A stretch of 64,000 nt of DNA from NCBI RefSeq assembly GCF_018350175.1, contig NC_058376.1:132618001-132682000 (forward strand), given 5' to 3'. Positions 21,961 through 34,464 of this stretch are shown piece by piece. The notes below the pieces were generated by a model. The model saw only the letters and a list, made by a program, of their open reading frames with translations. It searched no databases and was not told where the DNA came from. The stretch is from Felis catus. Lineage: Eukaryota. The first letter of the stretch is position 1, and the number at the start of each line of letters is the position of its first letter. The position numbers and the translations under genes were made by a program.

Positions 21961-22384
21961 TAATCACAAAGAGTCTTTACATTGCCCTCATTTCTGAGCA
22001 CATCTTCCCTGAAAAATTTGACCTCAGGTTTTGGGACGTCATATTTTCCTTGCACTGGTTGTATTACTTCTGGATGTCCAGCCGTCAGGTCCTCATTATC
22101 TAGAAGGTGGTTCTTCTGATGGTTCTTCTGAAGGTGGTTCCTCTAGTTGAAGGTAGTCCAACAAAGAAATGGAGGAAAAATTTCCCAAAGACTTTGAAAA
22201 ATAATTCTTTGCTGACATTCACTGAGACCCATTTTGGGGAAATTGATGATTCATTCTTAGAGGATGAAGAAGGTAAAGCCTAACTGGAAGCTATAAATAT
22301 TCCAGAAGAGCAAAGTGGCTGCAAGTGACCCCATCATTCTTTTCTCTGAAGACTGACTGGCAGTGGAAGAAGCCTTCTCTGTGC

Positions 22385-24477
22385 TTACTTATTTATTTAC
22401 GTATTCATTCATTCATTCATTCATTCATTCATTCATTCATCTATTTATTTATTTATTATTTTAATTTATATCCTAGTTAGCATATAGTGCAACAATGATT
22501 TCAGGAGTAGAATCCAGTGATTCATTCCCTCCATGTAACACCCAGTGTTCATCCCAGTAAGTGTCCTCCTTAATGCCTCTTGCCCATTTAGCCCATCCCC
22601 CCAGCCACAACCCTCCAGCAACCCTCAGCTTGTTCTCTGTATTTATAGAGTCTCTTATGTTTTGTCCCCCTCCCTGTTTTTATATTATTTTTGCTTCCCT
22701 TCCCTTATGTTCATCTGTTTTGTCTCTTAAATTCCACATGTGAGTGAAGTCATATGATATTTGTCTCTCTCTAATTTTACTTAGCATAATACGCTCTAGT
22801 TCCATCCATGTAGTTGCAAATGGCAAGATTTCATTCTTTTTGATTGCCGAGTAATACTCCATTGTATATATAAACCACATCTTCTTTATCCATTCATCCA
22901 TCGATGGACACTTGGGCTCTTTCCAATACTTTGGCTATTGTGGATAGTGCTGCTAGAAACATGGGGGTGCATGTGTCCCTTCGAAACAGCACACCTGTAT
23001 CCCGTGGATAAATGCCTAGTAGTGCAATTGCTGGGTCGTAGGGTAGTTCTATTTTTAGTTTTTTGAGGAACCTCCATACTGTTTTCCGGAGTGGCTGGAC
23101 CAGTTTGCGTTCCCACCAGCAGTGTAAGAGGGTTCGAGTTTCTCCACATCCTCGCCAACCTCTGTTGTTGCCTGAGTTGTTAATTTTNNNNNNNNNNNNN
23201 NNNNNNNNNNNNNNNNNNNNNNNNNNNNNNNNNNNNNNNNNNNNNNNNNNNNNNNNNNNNNNNNNNNNNNNNNNNNNNNNNNNNNNNNNNNNNNNNNNNN
23301 NNNNNNNNNNNNNNNNNNNNNNNNNNNNNNNNNNNNNNNNNNNNNNNNNNTTGGTTTTGGGGTGTTGAGTTTGATAAGTTCTTTATAGATTTTGGGTACA
23401 AACCCTTTCATTTTTGCTTTTGTTTCCCTTGCTTCCAGAGACATGTTGAGTAAGAAGTTGCTGTGGCTAAAATCAGAGATGTTTTTGCCTGCTTTCTCCT
23501 CCAGGATTTTGATGGCTTCCTGTCTTACATTTAGATCTTTCATCCATTTTGAATTTATTTTTGTGTCTAGTGTAAGACAGCAGTCCAGGTTCATTTTTCT
23601 GCATGTCGCTGTCCAGTTTTCCCAGCACCACTTGCTGAAGAGACTGTCTTTATTCCATTGGATATTCTTTCCTGCTTTGTCAAAGGTTAGTTGGCCATAT
23701 GTTTATGGGCCTATTTCTGGTTCTCTATTCTATTCCATTGATATAAGTGTCTGTTTTTGTTCCAGGACATACTGTCTTGATGATTACAGCTTTGTAATAC
23801 GTCCTAAAGTCCGGGATTGTGATGCCTCCAGCTTTGGTTTTCTTTTTCAAGACTGCTTTGGCTATTCAGGGTCTTTTCTGGTTCCATACACATTTTAAGA
23901 TTGTTCGTTCGAGCTCTGTGAAGAATGCTGGTGTTATTTTGATAGGGACTGCACTGAATATGTAGACCACTTTGGGTAGTATCAACCTTTTAACAATATT
24001 TGTTCTTACAATGTATGAACATGGAATATTTTTCCTTTTTTGTGCGTCTTCTTCAATTTCTTTCATAAGCTTTCTATAGTTTTCAGTGTATACATTTTTC
24101 ACTTCTTGGGTTAGGTTTATTCCTAGGTATTTTATGGGTTTTGGTGTAGTTGTAAATGGGATCAATTCCTTGATCTCTCTTTCAGTTGCTTCATTATTGC
24201 TGCATAGAAATGCAACCGATTTCTGTGCATTGATTTTTATATGCTGTGACTTTGCAGAATTTATGGATCAGTTCTAGCAGTTTTTTGGTGGAATCTTTTG
24301 GGTTTTCCATATCGAGTATCATGTCATCTGTGAGGAGTGAAAGTTTGACCTCCTCCTGGCCTATTTGGATGCCTTTTATTTCTTTGTGTTGTCTGATTGC
24401 TGAGGCTAGGACTTCCAATACTATGTTGAATAACAGTGCTGAGAGTGGACATCCCTGTCGTGTTCCTGACCTTAGGG
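22385..24477 (-). mobile_element. 5'-truncated carnivore/felid L1 (ORF2 3' part and 3'UTR); tail decayed to (TTCA)n/(TTTA)n
   Basis: ORF2 peptides [47 protein letters not shown] and [12 protein letters not shown] (RT FADD motif degenerate), all frameshifted. Confidence 0.95.
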
Positions 24478-24742
24478 TGTGCTCTTTCCTTTGTTATTAG
24501 TCTCAGACCACAAAGTCTCTGGACCCAGTTTGAGACTTATATCGTCAGTGGTTCAATTTTGACCCCTAAGGATTTCTGCTATGTTTTTGAGACGGAAACT
24601 GATACGTTTTTGCAGAACATAGGAGATTTTTTAGATTACCTATTTATTTATAAGTGTATAATTTAAATGTATAAATGTATTAACTATATAACAAAATATT
24701 TATCTATTGTCTGGGTTTTAGTCTTTTAAAATCAGGAGCTTT

Positions 24743-24864
24743 AGGGTGCCACCTGGGTGGCTCAGTCGGTTAAGTGTCCAACTTTGGCTCAGGTCATGAT
24801 CTCATGGTCCATGAGTTTGAGCCCTGCATCGGGCTCTGCGCTGACAGCTCAGAGCCTGCTTGAG

Positions 24865-24901
<37 letters not shown>

Positions 24902-24975
24902 TCCTCCCCCACTTGTGTGCATGCTCTCTTTCTCTCTGTCTCTCTCTCAAAATAAATAAAAAAAACTTTAAAAAA
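24743..24975 (+). mobile_element. Can-SINE
   Basis: SINE motifs. TSD aaaatcagga.cttta. Confidence 0.92.
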
Positions 24976-25289
24976 TCAGGAACTTTAAACAAATGAAAAC
25001 CAGCAACAACCTGGTTCTACAATGATGTTTCTGTTAAGGCTAAGGACAAGCACTGAATCCTTTGACATGGACCCGGATTGTTTGGGGGAAGTTTTCCCCC
25101 TTAGTTTGAGTGTTAAATACTTTGCCACTTATTTTCATTAAATATGGTGGAAACACTTTGAAATCTGCCCCAATTCTATCAGCCCTGTTGAGGAGGCACT
25201 CAGGAAATAAAGGTTCTGAATCATGTCTTCGACATGAGGGAAATTTAGGAATCAGAACATATGTTCTGTGTGCCTTTACCTTCTAGCCC

Positions 25290-25480
25290 AGTGGGTTTCC
25301 AGGTATGACTGCATGCCAGGAACATCAGCATCAGCATCACCTAGGAATTTGTTAGAAAATGCACATTCTGGGGCCCTGTCCCAGACCTGATGAATCAAAA
25401 CTTCTAGGCACGGGGTCCAGGGATCTGTGTGGGCAAGCCCTCCAGGTGACTGAAGGGATGCTCACGTTTGAGAACCACTG
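25290..25480. mobile_element. MER5A
   Basis: cagcatcagcatcacctaggaatttgttagaaaatgca...tttgagaaccactg. Confidence 0.75.
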
Positions 25481-27264
25481 CTGTGGTCTGACCCCCCAGA
25501 TTCTCCCTTGGGAGTGCTACTTGGAATCTGTTTCTGCTGCGGCTAAATTGAACACTACCCAGTGGTCTTTGAACGTTTGACTGATAAATTGCCCCAGTTC
25601 TTCAACATGTGCCAGAAGGGCTGGACCAGGAGTCAGGAGACTTGGTTTCCAGTCTGTTCTCACTACTAACTAGTGCTGGAGTTTTCCCTCACCGTGAAAA
25701 TAGAATTTTACCATTTCACTTCCACTGCTTTCTGCGATAGGAAGATAAAATGAAATAACGGATGGTGAAAATGATTCGAAAATGTTAGCATGTAACATGT
25801 AAAAGTCAGTGTGGCGTTGATATAAAATTTTGTTCCCCTAGAACCCTTAAGTCAGCTAGATTTCCGCCATTCATTGTGCTGCCTGTCACAGTGTGGCTGG
25901 GCTGTGTCACTGCAAATCCAGTCACATCCTATGAAGTGTACCACTGTAAGGTAGGAGATGGCAACAAATTTAGGACTTGTGAATACAGTCCTAAATTGGG
26001 TCCTGGAAGCATGGCAAATAAAAAAAGTTTTCATGAAGCCCACATCTTGGAAAACCTCTTTTACAGCGGGAAGCAGAAAAAAAATAAAAATGAGAAGGAA
26101 AGCAGGAAAAACACCATCCACTTACTACACAAGAATCACTTTGCTATTGTGCGACTTAAGAGCGAACCAACGTGGGCCAATGATCCTCCGTTTGTCCACA
26201 TGGTGGCAGCAGCGAACCTGTAGATTCCATCTCCGCAGGGGCTCTTTCTGTCCACGCAAGAAAAAGAAAGCACCTTCTTACATTAAATACCGGGGCGTTT
26301 CAGGGAGAAGTATTATTTGACTTAAATTATGAAGACAATTTCCCATTTGAGGAAAAGAGAGAGGACTTACAGTTAGATTCAAGTGTCACAATCCTTTGAT
26401 TGCTCATTTGGTGTCCTAAGGTAAACTACTGTAGTCAATGGAACAGAAATAGGCCCTAATCAAAGGCCTGCTCCAAAGTTACACTTCTGTATGTCACTCT
26501 CTCTTTTTTTTTTTAAGATCATAGGTGGAATTTCAAAAAAAAATGAAATCGCAACTTACCAGTTCAATTCGGAGGACTGGGTAATTTACTCGCTGTTTGG
26601 AGTTCAGCCTTGAATCTTGACACCATCATCACTTGCCACTCACAAGTGTTTTATTTACACTTGACATTTCCTACTGAGACCTCAAAAGTGTCGTCGGTGG
26701 ATAGGTTTGCATGAAACTGTCCAAGCTAAAACCATCGTGGGGCATCTTATTCCAGGGGCCAGTCCCAGGCGAGCTCACAACTAGCATCAGCAGAGGGGGG
26801 AACCAGAAAATAGGCGGCTTTCTAGGAAATAAAAGGTCTATTTTGGGATTTCTTTAAATTCAGATTATGTAACTTAGGTGGAGATTGGACATTATTTCTC
26901 GCTCTGTAAAAGAATCCAGGCAAGGATATCATAAACTTCATAAGTTTAAAACTATCTGGAACTTTACAGTGACTTGGGGGGCATCCTGCCAGATATGCAC
27001 AGGAACGTAGAGTGTGCTGATTCCTTACTGACTTAGCGGCTCTCTCAGCTTTGTTCCACAGGATGTGACATTTCCTTTGCTGACTTTTCCTGCCTCCTTT
27101 CCCAGTCATGGGACTGTTCTTCTCCCTGACAAGGCAGGCATGACAGGATCTTTTATTAAAATGATCCATAGTTCTATATATAAATTTTTAAATGTATATA
27201 CCTGCCTCTGAAATTATCTTATTAAGAGTACCTTAATAACAATCCTTTCATTTTATTGCAAAAG

Positions 27265-27330
27265 ATACTATTGTACTAGTATGGCCAGGAAGGAAATACA
27301 GCTAATTATCAAGATGAATCACTTAGCAGA
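27265..27330 (+). CDS. BTD: Candidate BTD alternative exon in intron 1 (ATG 27281: MARKEIQLIIKMNHLA+GA)
   Basis: Acceptor ttttattgcaaaag at 27264 and phase-2 GT at 27331, in frame with exon 2. The peptide resembles the human BTD isoform N-terminus MARKETQLIIKMNHLAR (recalled). The donor GA|GTGGAA is weak. Confidence 0.45.
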
Positions 27331-27639
27331 GTGGAAAAAAAAAGTTTTCATGTGTAAAAATAACCAGTGAGTGATATGTTACCAAATTTCCACAAAATAG
27401 CTTTCCGTGTAATTTAGACTTTGATTTCTTTTTCTCAGAGACCACAGGAACCTTCCCGACCAGGATTAGTGTCAGAGGAACATTTTTCATGATGAAATGA
27501 GATGCTGGGGCTTCTCTGGGGCAGTTAAAAGGTCAGGATGCTTGCTTAGAGATGTCACTCCAGCAAAGCTCTCCCCACCCCGTCAACAACTTCCTGTCTC
27601 CCAGATCATTCCTATTGGCATACTGTACGGACTCTGGCT

Positions 27640-28230
27640 TTTCCTCTGCATGAAGTGGGGAGGCATTGGAAGATTTTGAGCAGAGGAGTGTCAGGACTGA
27701 CTTAGGCTTTAACCGGATCTCACGGGCTGTTCTAGAAGGGGGAGAATGGAAGCAGACAGGGCAACTGCCCTGCATTGTGAGAGACCGGGGACGGGGCCTG
27801 TGATTTTTCTCTGACTTCACTTTTTGCTGTCTTCCTCTGCCCTGGGCTCCAGCCCACTGTTCTTCTTGCTGGTTTCTTGAACCCTCTCAGCAAGTTCCCA
27901 CTCAGGCCTTGTTGACCTAGCTGTCCTCTCTGCCTGGAACATTTCCCCCAGGCATCCACATGCCCTCCTCCCTCACCTTTGGCAGACCTCACCTCACTGA
28001 GACCTTTCCTGACCATACTATTTAAAATTGTCCCCCACCCAGGCCAGACCCTCGCTGCCCCCTTCCCTGTCTTTATTTCCCCTTTGCACATACTGCGTAA
28101 GGCATCCTCAGTGTTTATTTGATTGTGGTCAGTCTCCCCATACATCCTGAGTGGGGCTGCTTGAGGAAGGGCCGGGCTTGTTCATGGCTGTACCCCTGAC
28201 ACCTATACCTGCGTCTGGCTCACAGTCTGA
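27640..28230. mobile_element. L2 fragments in both orientations
   Basis: gaagattttgagcagaggagtg (antisense L2) and gctgtcctctctgcctggaac (sense L2). Confidence 0.55.
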
Positions 28231-31029
28231 TGTCTCTTGGATGTCTGAAGGGAGCATCCTCCCCACTGTGCTGTTTCCTGGCAGTGAGACTCAGGGCACC
28301 CTGTAAGCCCGAGCCCCCACATCAGAGGGTTGTGGTGAGCTGAGTGGATGAAGCAGGGTGTGGGGGCACACAGTCACCCAGACGGGGCCTTCGTGTCAGG
28401 CCTTCCTGCAGTTTTAGCTCGCCTGTCAAATGCCCTCCGATGGAAGAGGGTGTGTGTGTACCTTTTCAGACTGAGCACACGCCTGTACTCACGGCTGTTT
28501 ATCGTCCGGGTCCTGGCCAGCTCTAGAACTACATCTATGGCTGGGTTTCCAAGAGCCCCAGGACTTCCGGAAGCTTCTTGTTCCCAGGGAGCCCCAACAC
28601 CCCAGCCCACCTGTGCTTTCTGTGGTGAACCAGCACCTGGTAACCACCGGAAACCAGATCTGGATGCTGTCCTGCCCCATTAAAACGGCCCCCCTCTCCT
28701 ACCCGCTGTGCCCTCCAGAGTCTCTATCTTGGGCCTTGTTGGTTTTCTTGAGACATTTGTGTAGTGCCAAATAAAGAGGGAAAGCCAGCATTTGCAAATT
28801 TGGTTAAACCGGCTGCTGTTTCACCACACATCGGGACGGGCAAACTGTGGTACCTATTTTTATCATAATTACTCATTCTCTCCTACCTCATTAAGCTTGC
28901 TTCTTTCAAGCATGAATACCTGGTTAAATCTGCCTAACCTCTTATTATCACCCACCTTTGTTCACACACAAGTGATTGCCATTTACAGCCCTCCTGCCAA
29001 GCACCTTTTGTAAATAATCTACATTTTACTTTCTCAAAATAGAAAGAAATGTAGTATCTTGCTGGTTCCACAGTTTTCTTGTTTTACCATTTTGCAAGTC
29101 CTGACACTTAAACTAATGTCCTCTGTCCCCAAGTAAATGGGTGACACACAGCTCTTTGTTGAGAAAGGGGGATGCTGTGACCACCTCGCTGGGCCCCAGG
29201 AACTCCTGAGCTGGCTCCACCGGGCACGGGTTCACACAACTCTCCCCTCCCCCGGCCTCAGTTTCCCCACCTCTGAGTGAGGCCAGCGTCTACGGCTTGA
29301 GAAATACCGGGAATGTGTCTTTGAAGATGAAAGTTTGTCCCCCAAACCATTCCCCATTATCATCATTCTGAAACCAGAGGGAGCGGAAACTAGATTTTGA
29401 CCGTTAAAATTATCCCGTGCTCGTCTTCAGAGGCAAAATTCAGATAAGAAACCTTATCAATTATACTTTTGTTTCTACTCAAAATCTCATGACTGCTTGC
29501 TCAAAGGCTCCTTGTTCTAATCTCAGAACATCGTTCAGGGTCCCAGATGAATGGCAACAAGTCCTGGGGTTGGGAATCTGGATGGTGCACTTAGTCCCTG
29601 GGACAAGAAGTAACAGTGTGTGAGACAAGGCCGTGGGATGAGGCCTGCTCAGCCCGACAAGTGTTTGGTTTTGCAAGGATTCAGACTGAGCCTCCCGAGT
29701 CCTTGTTCTGTTGCTGAAAATACTTATGGTTACTTTTGTTTCTGGAACTAGTAAGAGAAAAATAAAAGGAAGTTTGCAGCCTGGAAAGTTTGGTTTTAAA
29801 ATGCAAACACAGGAGTTATGAGTCAGACTTGGACAGGGCGTCGTTGTCTTTTTAAAAAGCAGCAGTAGGATTCCTTGATTTGTCTTTGTTATCTCGATGT
29901 TTAATCCGGATTGCTGGGCACTTGGTCAGCCCCAGCGCATCTCCACAGAGCAAGTGGCCTGGCCTTGGCACACCCCCTGGTAAATCTGTGTGTCAGGCGA
30001 GGGGCTTCAGCTGGGAGGCCAGGCTGGTTTTCAAGGAAGAATTGGAATATTCACTCTAACACGGTAACACATAACTATTGGGAATAAAAACTCCTAGTCT
30101 TGGGGAAAAAAAAAGGCACACAGAAGTGTCATTGTAAGTGACATAATTTACTTCTAATTGCTTATGGTAGGGCCTACATAGCTGGGTGTAGGCCCTAGAA
30201 AATCCTCTTAACGTTTTCTAGAAAATCCTCGTATATTTTCTAGACGGTTGCATTTTATCACTGCAAAAGGATTTTATTTCCAAACGATTATGCTTTTGAG
30301 CACGAGTGGTGGAATCGCAGAGACAGAGGTTGAGAAGGTGATGATTCCCAAATTCAAGGAGGAGAAACAAAACGCTTTGATTGGGAGCCCTCTTTTTACC
30401 TATCCATAACCAAGAGTAGACACTGGCACGTAAGTAGAAGTCAGCAGCTTCTCTGCACCAAATAAAGAATGTCGTGCTAAGAAGGACTTACCCTTTATAT
30501 TCATTACTGACCAAAGAAATGCAGGGAGAATTTTAATCCATCAGAGTTTCGTAGCTAGGAAAGCCGACCTGTATTATCAGGATCGCAACAGTCAGAGCTG
30601 GCGTGGATGGTTGACACGTTTGTGTGTGTGGAGGGCAGGTGGTGGGATGTGGAATATGCCACCGAATTATATAAAATAATCATGGTAGTTATTCTTGCCT
30701 AAAACTTAGGTACGTACGTGGCTAGCAAGGCGAGTAGTGACACAATGCCGTCTTGCTGAACGCTGGGGAAGAAAATCATGGCAAACATCGGGTCTGTTTT
30801 GGAAACATTCTAAAACCAGACTAACACAGCGAGCCATTTTAAACGTAGCTTGCTACGTGTTTGGAGAGAAACACAGACCCTTTTATTAGGAACATGAAAC
30901 AAATCTTTGAGTTGCAGTATCACGGCGGGTAGGTTTAATTGCTGAGATTAATAAGTCACAGCTGCAAAAGTTACATTCTTGGCAGGATTCTTTATTCAGC
31001 TGTTTTCCCCTTGCCTCCTTACGTTCCAG

Positions 31030-31294
31030 ATTTATGGTCTGCATTATGTCTGGAGCCGGCAGTCAGCTTGCTCTTTTCCTCTTCGGCTGCTACGTGGTTG
31101 CCCTGGGAGTCCACACCGAGGAACCACGCGTGGCCCAGCACTCTGAGGCTGAACACTACGTGGCTGCTGTGTACGAGCACCAGTCAATCTTCACCCCCAG
31201 CCCTCTAGCACTCGTGGGCCGCAAGCAGGCCTTGGACCTAATGAACCAGAACCTCGACATCTATGAACAGCAAGTAACGACCGCAGCCCAAAAG
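31030..31294 (+). CDS. BTD: BTD exon 2 (265 nt): signal peptide and start of the CN-hydrolase domain; Met at 31034 and 31046 (MSGA)
   Basis: Acceptor ttccag at 31029. [26 protein letters not shown]...YVAAVYEH...[15 protein letters not shown] matches biotinidase. Ends at the non-canonical donor AAG|GCAAGA. Confidence 0.96.
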
Positions 31295-31454
31295 GCAAGA
31301 AACACTCCTGGGTTAGCCCGCGCCACCCCCCCCCCCCCCCCAGCTTGTCTAGCAGAACAGGGCGAATTGCTCTCTGGCTCTCTGTCAATGGCTCCCGCAG
31401 CCCTTCTGGAAAATTAGTCCAGCTGGTAAAGTGGAGCTGAAGTAGTCAGGTGGC

Positions 31455-31790
31455 TGGGGTCTCGCTGCTCAGTGGTCCACGGACCAGTGGCATCAGCAGC
31501 CCTCTGGAGCCTGTTAGAAATGCAGGATCTGGGGCCCGCCCGGACCTGCTGAATCAATCAACATCATAGCAAGATCCCCAGGTGCTGCTTTTCCCCTCAT
31601 GTCTGAGGAGCCTGGAGCTCAGTCCCTGGTTCTCAAAACTGGCCGTGCAGAGGGCGTGCTCAGCCAGTCGTAAACTAAGTGGGTGCCTGTATGCCATACC
31701 CGCAGAGGCAGATGGGGTGTGGATTGAGCACTGGGAGTTCTAAGGCTCCCCAGTGGATTCTGATGTGCAGAAAATTCTAGAAACTTCCAG
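31455..31790. mobile_element. MER5A/MER5B-type MITEs
   Basis: tggtccacggaccag..gttagaaatgcag..acctgctgaatca and tggttctcaaa. Confidence 0.65.
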
Positions 31791-32397
31791 GCATGAGGGT
31801 CTCTCCTGCTCTCTGAGACATTCAAAATAGTAAGCATCTACAGAACTGCTGTTTTCCACCTTCAGTCTATTTGGGGCTCATTTCTCGTCTCTGTTCCAGA
31901 CCATGAACAGTATGAGACCTCAGTCCAGACAGAACGGAGGTGGACAGAGGGAGGTCTTTGCCAGCCTTTGTGAAGGCTTCCTGCTTGGCCTGCATTTCCC
32001 ATTTCTGCCAGGAAGGGTGGGGCAGAGGGGCAGTGTCCGTGCCAGACGTGACCATAACAAAATGCCCTGTTGGGAAACCTATAACCAAAGGGAAATTTGG
32101 ACTTTCACCTGGTGTGTGGTGACCAAGCCCAGTCATGTGAGGAAGCCCTGCTCTGCCTTGACAGGAGTACACTCCACGTGAGCAAAACTTCCCTGTGCCG
32201 GTGAGTCTGGAGGGCAGGACAGTTCCGGCCAGCAGGTCCTGCTCCAAAATAGTTCCTATCTCTGTTCAGGGTACTCAGGATTGTCTGGACGGCCACTAGC
32301 TATTGCTGCATTTTAAAATTCTACCTCATTACATGTGTATGTGTATATATGCATATATAAAATTATAGGCTACCTTTTAGAGATATACATATATATA

Positions 32398-32605
32398 GGG
32401 GCGCCTGGGTGGCTTAGTAAGTTAAGCATCTGACTTCGGCTCAGGTCATGGTCTCGAGGTTCGGGAGTTCAAGCCCTGCATCGGGCTCTGTGCTGACAGC
32501 TTGGAGCCTGGAGCCTGTTTCAGACTCTGTGTCTCCCTCTCTCTCTGCCCCTCCCCTGCTCACTCTCTGTCTCTCTCAAAAATAAACATTAAAAAAATTA
32601 AAACA
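32398..32605 (+). mobile_element. Can-SINE
   Basis: SINE motifs. TSD atataca.atatata. Confidence 0.92.
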
Positions 32606-33194
32606 ATATACACATATATAAGGCTAATATTGGAAGAGAGTTTAAGACCTTGTCCAGCTTCTTCTGATGGGTGATGCTCCTCTCTCGTTCAAAGCCCCAC
32701 ATCCAGTCTCTCCTTGAACACCTTCTGTGGCCCAGAACGCACTGTCTGATGATAGCGCGGAAGCTTCTGGCAAGGTTTGCCTTTCAGTGAACAACAGTTT
32801 GCCTCCCGGCAACTGCCACCCGTTCTGTCCTCTTAGCTAAACAAAACAGACCGAGGAACTGACCATGGCGGGTTGTCTTCCACAGGAGGACAGCCGTCAT
32901 GCTCCCCCCCCCCCACCCCCAAACCCAGCATCTCTTCTCCAGGCTGTATGTCCCTTTTACAAAGATTTCCCAGATGATCTCTGTGCCCAGAGCCGTAGGA
33001 AAGTCTCCGTATTCAAGGGCAGAGTGGAGGAGATGTAGCACCGTTCTCATTCGAGACTTTGTCCCCAGAAAGCTGTTGGCAGCCACATCTCACTGTGGAT
33101 TCATAAGGCATTTGCTGCCAACTCACACTCCCAAGTCTTCTTCCCACACACAGACACACGTGCCACTCTTGCCACCCAGTACTTACAAGGTTAA

Positions 33195-33421
33195 CTTTTT
33201 TTTTTTAATTTTTTTTTTCAACGTTTATTTATTTTTGGGACAGAGAGAGACAGAGCATGAACGGGGGAGGGGCAGAGAGAGAGGGAGACACAGAATCGGA
33301 AACAGGCTCCAGGCCCTGAGCCATCAGCCCAGAGCCTGACTCGGGGCTCGAACTCACAGACCGTGAGATCGTGACCTGGCTGAAGTCGGACGCTTAACCG
33401 ACTGCGCCACCCAGGCGCCCC
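33195..33421 (-). mobile_element. SINEC_Fc (young)
   Basis: Near-consensus copy. TSD caaggttaact. Confidence 0.95.
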
Positions 33422-34464
33422 AAGGTTAACTAACCTGAACACACGACTTCACATTTATGCTGTTACATCTCATCATTCCAGCCTGTTTGGCTATTTGGGG
33501 ATCTTTACTGACATCCTGCATATCAGTTACCTTCACGTCATTCACACATTTGATACACACCTCATTTATGTTTACGCTGAAGTCAGTGTAAAAAAATCCC
33601 AGGCTGTGCCCTTAGACCTCCTGATGACACAGATCCACTCGAGACCATTCTGTGCACAGAGGTGTTTGCTTGCATGGTGCTGAAATACGAGCCATCCCTC
33701 GCTTCTCCATCCTGTCCACAAGACCATTCTAAGAGGTTGGGCAGAGGCCGTGCTGAACTCCGGAGACTGTGATGGTGGTATTCCCCTGCCTTCCAATAAC
33801 CTGCCCCCAAAGGAAACCTATAACATGTTTTTGTTGAGCCCATGCTGCCTGCAAGTCATCATTCCTTCTCTGTTTGTGGTCCAAGAGAACAGATTGTTTA
33901 TCTGATCATTTCTTAGTGCTTACAGATCTCTCGGCTTCCCTGCATGGTTTTATGCGTTCAAGCAACTTCTACGACAAATTGATGCCAAGCATGTGTCAGA
34001 ATTTTAGATCAAACTTGCTGGAAGGCAAGGGTTCCCGAACTAGCCAACTGAAGTATTTCTCTCTTGGTAGAGATATTTATAGGGAAGAAAAGGACTCCAA
34101 CTTAAAGATATTAGGCTGGTCCATCAACTGGGTTGGCAACCTTAATTCCTCAGGAGTTCTTGACCTCATTGAAGTCTCTCCGAAAACTCCTCATTTATCA
34201 GGGATGCTAATTGCTTTCTAGATGGATTGATAGTCACATTAGATCCAGCGTTCTACCCTGGCTCAGGTTGGTTCCTCTTCTTATTCCTAGAAAATATGTA
34301 TTTAGGAAATGCAATTTAACTTCAGTATTAATCTAATATGTATACATAACATAAATGGTATTGTCCATAGGAAACCATTCAACATTCTTGGGGAAAGTTT
34401 TGTTTTTAATAAAGGAAAACATTTGTCCAAGTATAATTTTCAAAAAGTTAAAACATGACTCCTG

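Noticed and set aside
22090-22380. Coding-looking patch (EGGSSDGSSEGGSS; ...HFGEIDDSFLEDEEGKA*), a possible processed-pseudogene fragment
   Set aside because: It is short and interrupted by stops, and I cannot assign a parent gene. A tblastx/BLASTX search would be needed.
25966-25998. 11-bp inverted repeat aatttaggact/agtcctaaatt
   Set aside because: Short and isolated; could be chance or a DNA-transposon remnant.
30196-30245. ~23-bp tandem duplication ctagaaaatcctc...ttttctaga
   Set aside because: Ordinary slippage duplication.
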